The notes beneath the pieces are model-generated. The model ran no database searches, had not been told where the DNA came from, and was given only the letters and a program-made list of their open reading frames with translations. DNA of 47,369 nt from contig NZ_JAQTPQ010000001.1 in the NCBI RefSeq assembly GCF_028712645.1, positions 1 through 47,369 on the forward strand, written 5' to 3'. Within the stretch, counting starts at the first letter, position 1. Each line of letters opens with the position of its first letter. This DNA is from Flavobacterium sp. GTDB taxonomy: Bacteria > Bacteroidota > Bacteroidia > Flavobacteriales > Flavobacteriaceae. This document shows positions 39,470 through 47,369 of this stretch, in pieces. The position numbers were made by a program, and so were the translations under genes.

Positions 39470-40492
39470 ATGACCTCTAGAATTACATTAAAAAAAATTG
39501 CAACTGAATTTAATATATCTATAGCTACAGTTTCTAAAGCATTGAATAACAGCCCAGACATTAGTTCAAAAACCAAGGAAAAAATTCAAGAATATGCCAA
39601 AAAGCATCATTATAAACCCAATAAAGCTGCTTTAAGTTTATTGAATAAAAAAACAAAAACTTTGGGAGTAATTATTCCCAACATAATGAACAGCTTTTTT
39701 ACAGAGGTTTTTGTGGGTATTGAAGAAAAAGCGAGCCAATTAGGTTATAGTTTAATTTCGTGCATTTCCAATGAATCCTATGATAAAGAGGTAAACACAG
39801 TCGAATTATTAAAAAGCGGTACGATTGACGGCTTTATAGTTTCTATCGCAGAGGAAACTCAAATTAACAAAAATTTCAACCATTTTATAGAAGCCATCAA
39901 CGAAGGAGTTCCTATTGTATTATTTGACAGAATTACTGATGCCATTAATTGTGATAAAGTTATTGTTAACGATATTGAAGGAGCGCGACATGCCACCGAA
40001 CACTTAATCAAGACAGGTTGTAAAAAAATTGCTTTAGTATCTGTAATTGACACTTTAAGCGTGGGAAAATTGAGAGTGGAAGGATATAAGAAGGCCCTAA
40101 CTGACCACAACATTGCAATCAATGAAAAAATAATCGTCCGATTAAATAAAAAAGAAGACCTTGAAACCTCTATGAAAATAATCTTATCCGACAAGTCTAT
40201 AGACGGTTTATTATGCCTAGAGGAAAGTTCAGCCATTCAATCTTTACAATTGATTAAATCTATGAATTACAAAATTCCTGAGGAAATGTCCATCATTTGT
40301 TTTACTAATGGAAAATTACCCCAGCATGTTACTCCCGCAATAACTACGATAAGCCAACACGGTAAATACATTGGAGAGGTTGCTACAAAAATGTTAGTAG
40401 ATCGCTTGGAAGGCAAAAGTGAATTAGAATTTACCACCAAAATAATCAAAACTAGCTTAATAGAAAGAGAAACTACTTTTCCTTTGAAATAG
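39470..40492 (+). CDS. LacI-family transcriptional regulator
   Basis: HTH TLKKIA...SIATVSKALN, hinge YKPNKAALSL, periplasmic-binding-protein-like effector domain; divergent from xylB. Confidence 0.95.
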   Translation: MTSRITLKKIATEFNISIATVSKALNNSPDISSKTKEKIQEYAKKHHYKPNKAALSLLNKKTKTLGVIIPNIMNSFFTEVFVGIEEKASQLGYSLISCISNESYDKEVNTVELLKSGTIDGFIVSIAEETQINKNFNHFIEAINEGVPIVLFDRITDAINCDKVIVNDIEGARHATEHLIKTGCKKIALVSVIDTLSVGKLRVEGYKKALTDHNIAINEKIIVRLNKKEDLETSMKIILSDKSIDGLLCLEESSAIQSLQLIKSMNYKIPEEMSIICFTNGKLPQHVTPAITTISQHGKYIGEVATKMLVDRLEGKSELEFTTKIIKTSLIERETTFPLK

Positions 40493-40550
40493 GCATCAAA
40501 ACCTCTTTTATCTACCCATAATTATTTAGTTCTTTAAACTTTTATATATT

Positions 40551-40569
40551 ATGCGAATCAAGGGTTGAA
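40551..40569 (+). repeat. Second exact copy of the MITE-like terminal repeat
   Basis: ATGCGAATCAAGGGTTGAA is identical to 31099-31117. Confidence 0.85.
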
Positions 40570-40764
40570 ATTCTAATTATCAAAACATTGATGCTCAAAG
40601 AAAGACTGAGAGCACCAATTTCTTTCTAGTTTCTTCTATTTGCATAAATAACAGCTACTAGATTGATATGTCATTGACAATCCATTCCCTTTTGAGCAAC
40701 AACTTTATCTCTAGAAATAGTTATTTCTGGTTTTTCCATCAGAAGTATCTTTTTGACTTTCAAT

Positions 40765-42876
40765 CTATAACTCGCTCCAAACTACTACTCCTGCAGGTTT
40801 TAATGTTTTTTCACCAACAAGGATTTTTGCAGTTGCTGATAAATTCATTGTATAATCATTTGAAGAATAATTTACTGCAAAGTTAAATCCGTCACGCCAG
40901 TAAACGTAAACACCTTCTGGATAGTCTTCTGTAGTAGCACCTGCATTTGTATAAATAGTTCTCAAAATATCTTTCTCCAGTTTTGAGTCATCTGTATCTA
41001 CACCAATGTAGGTTACAGAACCTTTTCCCATTTTATGTCTTACAACAGCGGCTTTTCCTTTATAAAATTGATTGTTGTAAGTTGCAAGCACTTCTGTTCC
41101 TTTATCAGCCGTAAGCAAATCGGCCCAGTTGTTCCAATTATAATTGGTAGCGTTCATTAAAATTCCCCCATTTTTATAAGATGAAAGCATATCGGTAGCT
41201 TCAACATGTGCACCAATAAGATCAGATAATGGTGCTGCCCACTCTCCTTCCCAAATATGTCCATCACGGTTTCTTGTTGCAGTACGGCAAGTTAAAATCA
41301 AATGACCTCCATTATTAACATAGTTTTCCCATTTTTTAACCAAAACAGAATCTGCTAAATCATAAGCGGGTACAATTAAAAATTTATATTTAGAAAAATC
41401 CGTTTTCTCTGAAATCACTTCAGTAGGAGCCCCTAGAGATTTGGACATTTCTAAAAATTTTACAGGATAGCCCCATGTATCCCATTGATAAGTCAATTTT
41501 TGTCTATCAATAGCCCAATAATTATCCAAATCCCAAAGAATAGCAGTTGATCTTGCGACCAATTTCTCAGGCATTTTTTCATTAGGTTTGTATTGTTTTC
41601 GAAGTGATTTAACCTCCTTCATAAATTGTATGTATTCATTCCCTCCAGTAGAAACAGTTACTCCGTCTGGTTTCATAATTCCAGAATGGTATTGCTCTGA
41701 ACTATAATTGATTTGACGAAACCTATAAGAGCAAGCTATTTTACCTCCAGCGGCAAAAGTGTGATACAACCACATTCGTACAGTACCTGGTAATAATAAA
41801 GGATTATAGCTTCCCCAATTCACTGGACCTGGCTGAATTTCCATAACACCAGAAACACCACCAACCGATTTATAATATTCGGCAGCGAAAAGAATTGACT
41901 TACCGTCGCCCAATCTAAACCCATTTTCTCCTATATTATTACTTCCACCATTAGGATAAGCCGTATAGGCTGCAAAATCCAATTTTTTGGTTCTTCTTGG
42001 GTCAGCACCAGTACAAATAGCCGTATAATTTGTTGTAATGTACTGATTATCTAAAATATATTCTCTCAAAATACCTGCTTGAAAATCAAGACAATCTGCT
42101 TGACAATCTGCAGAATAGCGTTTAAAATCGAGTAAAGCATGAGGATTGTTACCCCACCAACCTACTAAAGTGGTATTAGGTATTACAACCTCATCAAAAT
42201 TAGTAAACCATTGACTCCAAAAAGCAGCTCCCCAAGCCATATTTAACGCCTCAATGGTTTGATATTTATTTTTAAGCCATTTTCTGAATGAAACTTGAGA
42301 ATCTGGACTATAATCAGCAATTGCTGGCGGCTCATTGTCAATTTGCCATCCTACCACATTCTTGTTCTGTCCATAACGTTTAGCAAGTTCAGTAACAATA
42401 TTTCCTAAAAACATACGGTATTTAAGGTTAACTGTAGAGTTTAAACCTCGAGTACCATTCTCTGCACGAATATAATGACCGTCCATAATAAAGGTCTCAG
42501 GATAATTAATACGCATCCATGAAGGTGTTGTTGCCGAAGGAGTACACATTACTATTTTTAAGTTGTTTTTCATACAAATGCTCACTACTTTATCCAGCCA
42601 AGCAAAATCATATTTCCCTTCAACGGGTTCCATTTTGTACCAAGCAAACTCTGCGAGATGCACAAATTCATAACCCATATCTGAAATTTTCTTGATATCC
42701 CGTTCCCATTGATTTTCGTTCCAATGTTCGGGATAATAATAAATTCCTGTAGCTATTAAATCTTTTTTAGGAAAAAATCTGTCAGCATTTTGGGATTGTA
42801 CATTCCATCCAGCTATCATCAATGCGATGACAAATAGTATTTTAAATACTCTTATTTGATTACAACTTTTTTTCAT
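40765..42876 (-). CDS. GH42-family beta-galactosidase with signal peptide (second, divergent paralogue)
   Basis: GIYYYPEHW, AEFAW, CTPSATTP, WQIDNEP, VMEIQPG, EQYH. Confidence 0.9.
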   Translation of the reverse strand: MKKSCNQIRVFKILFVIALMIAGWNVQSQNADRFFPKKDLIATGIYYYPEHWNENQWERDIKKISDMGYEFVHLAEFAWYKMEPVEGKYDFAWLDKVVSICMKNNLKIVMCTPSATTPSWMRINYPETFIMDGHYIRAENGTRGLNSTVNLKYRMFLGNIVTELAKRYGQNKNVVGWQIDNEPPAIADYSPDSQVSFRKWLKNKYQTIEALNMAWGAAFWSQWFTNFDEVVIPNTTLVGWWGNNPHALLDFKRYSADCQADCLDFQAGILREYILDNQYITTNYTAICTGADPRRTKKLDFAAYTAYPNGGSNNIGENGFRLGDGKSILFAAEYYKSVGGVSGVMEIQPGPVNWGSYNPLLLPGTVRMWLYHTFAAGGKIACSYRFRQINYSSEQYHSGIMKPDGVTVSTGGNEYIQFMKEVKSLRKQYKPNEKMPEKLVARSTAILWDLDNYWAIDRQKLTYQWDTWGYPVKFLEMSKSLGAPTEVISEKTDFSKYKFLIVPAYDLADSVLVKKWENYVNNGGHLILTCRTATRNRDGHIWEGEWAAPLSDLIGAHVEATDMLSSYKNGGILMNATNYNWNNWADLLTADKGTEVLATYNNQFYKGKAAVVRHKMGKGSVTYIGVDTDDSKLEKDILRTIYTNAGATTEDYPEGVYVYWRDGFNFAVNYSSNDYTMNLSATAKILVGEKTLKPAGVVVWSEL

Positions 42877-42955
42877 TGATTCTTAATTATTTATTTTATT
42901 AATTACGACACTGTCAATTAAAAGATTATTTTTATATTTTAAAAAAATAAAGCAA

Positions 42956-43147
42956 TTACTTTTTCTTTGGCAATTTCATACTTACTAATACTTCTTTCTG
43001 GTTTCGAAAAATAATCGCTTCGGTTTTATCTCCAATAGCCACCTTTTGAACTTCAAGTAAATCGCCACAATTATTGGTTTTCATTGAATTGAACAACAGA
43101 AGCACATTGTTTACCTGCAAGAACTTGGATGCAATCAAGCCAATATT
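42956..43147 (-). pseudogene. Orphan 3' gene remnant, PDZ-like C-terminus
   Basis: Frame without an ATG start: ASKFLQVNNVLLLFNSMKTNNCGDLLE...KTEAIIFRNQKE resembles the second half of a PDZ domain (LQxxDVILxxN...DL...xFRN). Confidence 0.55.
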
Positions 43148-44257
43148 TCATCTTTTAACAATTTTAATGCTTTCGCTACCAATTTTCAACATATAAATTC
43201 CAGCAGAAAATTTACTAACATTTACTGCATTGTGATCATTGTTTATTAAGCCCGATGACACTGTTTTTCCTGATAAATCAGAAATTGTGTAACGAACATT
43301 TTCGCTTTGATTATCTAAAATAACGCTTATAACCTCGCATACAGGATTGGGGAAAACAACAACTTTTTTAGATTTTATTTTATAATCTATTTTACTTAAC
43401 ACCAATAGGTTTAATTCTTTAGATACGATGCGTGTTTCATTACCTGCATTCAACTTGATAGACACCTTGTAAATTCCTGTTTCAATAATAGTCATTTCCT
43501 TTAGATTTCCTCCATCTACTGAGGCAACAGCTACACCGTCTTTATACCACTGATAGCCATCTCCATCTGGAGCTGTTATTTTACCATTTGCATAACTCAC
43601 TTCGGGTTTTGGCATCAGAAGCATTTCTTGAACTTTCTGGGCAATTAGTCCAGCTCCTGTTACCGATGGATGTACAGCATCTGATTGAAACCAACTTGGC
43701 CAATGACCATCGAATGCAGTGTGTAAATCGATTAAATTGACCCCATTTTCTATGGCTACTTGTTTTATATCAACATTTACCTTATCAATATAGGAATTAG
43801 AAAGTCCCCAGCTACTGTTCTCGGCAGGAGCAATCAAACAAATACTTACTTCAGGTTTAGTAGAAAGAATTTGAAACGATTGAATCAATGCTTTATAATC
43901 GTTCCTGAAATTTGCATCGCTCCCGTCTAGAGCCCAAGGATAGGCATCATTAGTTCCAAGCGCAATTACAACAAGATCTGGATTGAAGGCAAGTGCATTA
44001 GTGTACTGCCCTGAATTCCAGTAAGAATATCCTTTTTTTTGTAGTAGTCGGGCGCTATCACCAAAATTGCCAAGTTGCCAAGAAGTTGTTCCTAAAAGCA
44101 CCTGCATCTGACCTGGATAGCTTTCGGTTGAGGGATTTGACAACCCCAATCCATACGTAATACTATCGCCTACACAGGCTACTTTCTTTTTCTGTGCTGG
44201 AACCTGAAGCGATATCAAAATTCCCACTAAAAAAATTAAATTAAATTTTAATTTCAT
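43148..44257 (-). CDS. GDSL/SGNH esterase with T9SS type A C-terminal domain
   Basis: Signal peptide, GDSIT, LGTND, DAVHP, small Ig-like segment (YQWYKDG), CTD (FPNP, DLSGK, AGIYMLK, KIVKR). Confidence 0.9.
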   Translation of the reverse strand: MKLKFNLIFLVGILISLQVPAQKKKVACVGDSITYGLGLSNPSTESYPGQMQVLLGTTSWQLGNFGDSARLLQKKGYSYWNSGQYTNALAFNPDLVVIALGTNDAYPWALDGSDANFRNDYKALIQSFQILSTKPEVSICLIAPAENSSWGLSNSYIDKVNVDIKQVAIENGVNLIDLHTAFDGHWPSWFQSDAVHPSVTGAGLIAQKVQEMLLMPKPEVSYANGKITAPDGDGYQWYKDGVAVASVDGGNLKEMTIIETGIYKVSIKLNAGNETRIVSKELNLLVLSKIDYKIKSKKVVVFPNPVCEVISVILDNQSENVRYTISDLSGKTVSSGLINNDHNAVNVSKFSAGIYMLKIGSESIKIVKR

Positions 44258-44288
44258 TGCTCATTTATTTTACTAATACTCTATTTTT

Positions 44289-47369
<3,081 letters not shown>

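Noticed and set aside
40668..40886. 72-aa plus-strand ORF or a transposase remnant next to the repeat end
   Set aside because: It overlaps the GH42 3' end on the opposite strand, and the frames I read showed no transposase motif.
43145..43150. Stop-codon read-through fusing the esterase to the PDZ-like frame
   Set aside because: A T9SS CTD needs to be C-terminal. The in-frame arrangement has a one-in-three chance and fits a deletion junction better.

Overview
AT-rich Bacteroidota DNA, very probably Flavobacterium, judged from TAnnTTTG promoter elements, T9SS cargo proteins and a split transketolase. It has three blocks. (1) 1-9200: a TPR sensor kinase and LytTR regulator sit upstream of a candidate LytTR-box promoter, a ~2200-aa modular T9SS-secreted surface protein (beta-helix, LRR, LamG, 7 Ig-like repeats, one of which carries a 6-blade propeller inserted in its loop), a 74-aa 'PID'-motif membrane-anchored mini-protein and an orphan T9SS C-terminal remnant. 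(2) 9200-15250: housekeeping genes tgt, lptF/G, an EamA transporter, accA and dnaB. (3) 15500-47369: a large glycan locus, on the minus strand apart from a divergent LacI gene. Its enzyme set matches xyloglucan side-chain removal (GH42 x2, GH2, GH95, GH31+PA14, GH3, GH39, GH97, two SGNH esterases), with a xylose/pentose-phosphate operon (xylB-xylA-xylE-tal-tkt) nested inside. No SusC/SusD or endo-glucanase lies in the window. Structure not shown by the ORF track: an internally deleted pseudogene (probably a second GH31), a PDZ-like C-terminal remnant, a MITE-like element enclosing a perfect palindrome with a second copy of its end, heptamer arrays, and DnaA-box-like repeats upstream of a possibly leaderless dnaB. 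All family calls come from motif reading and recall; no searches were run.
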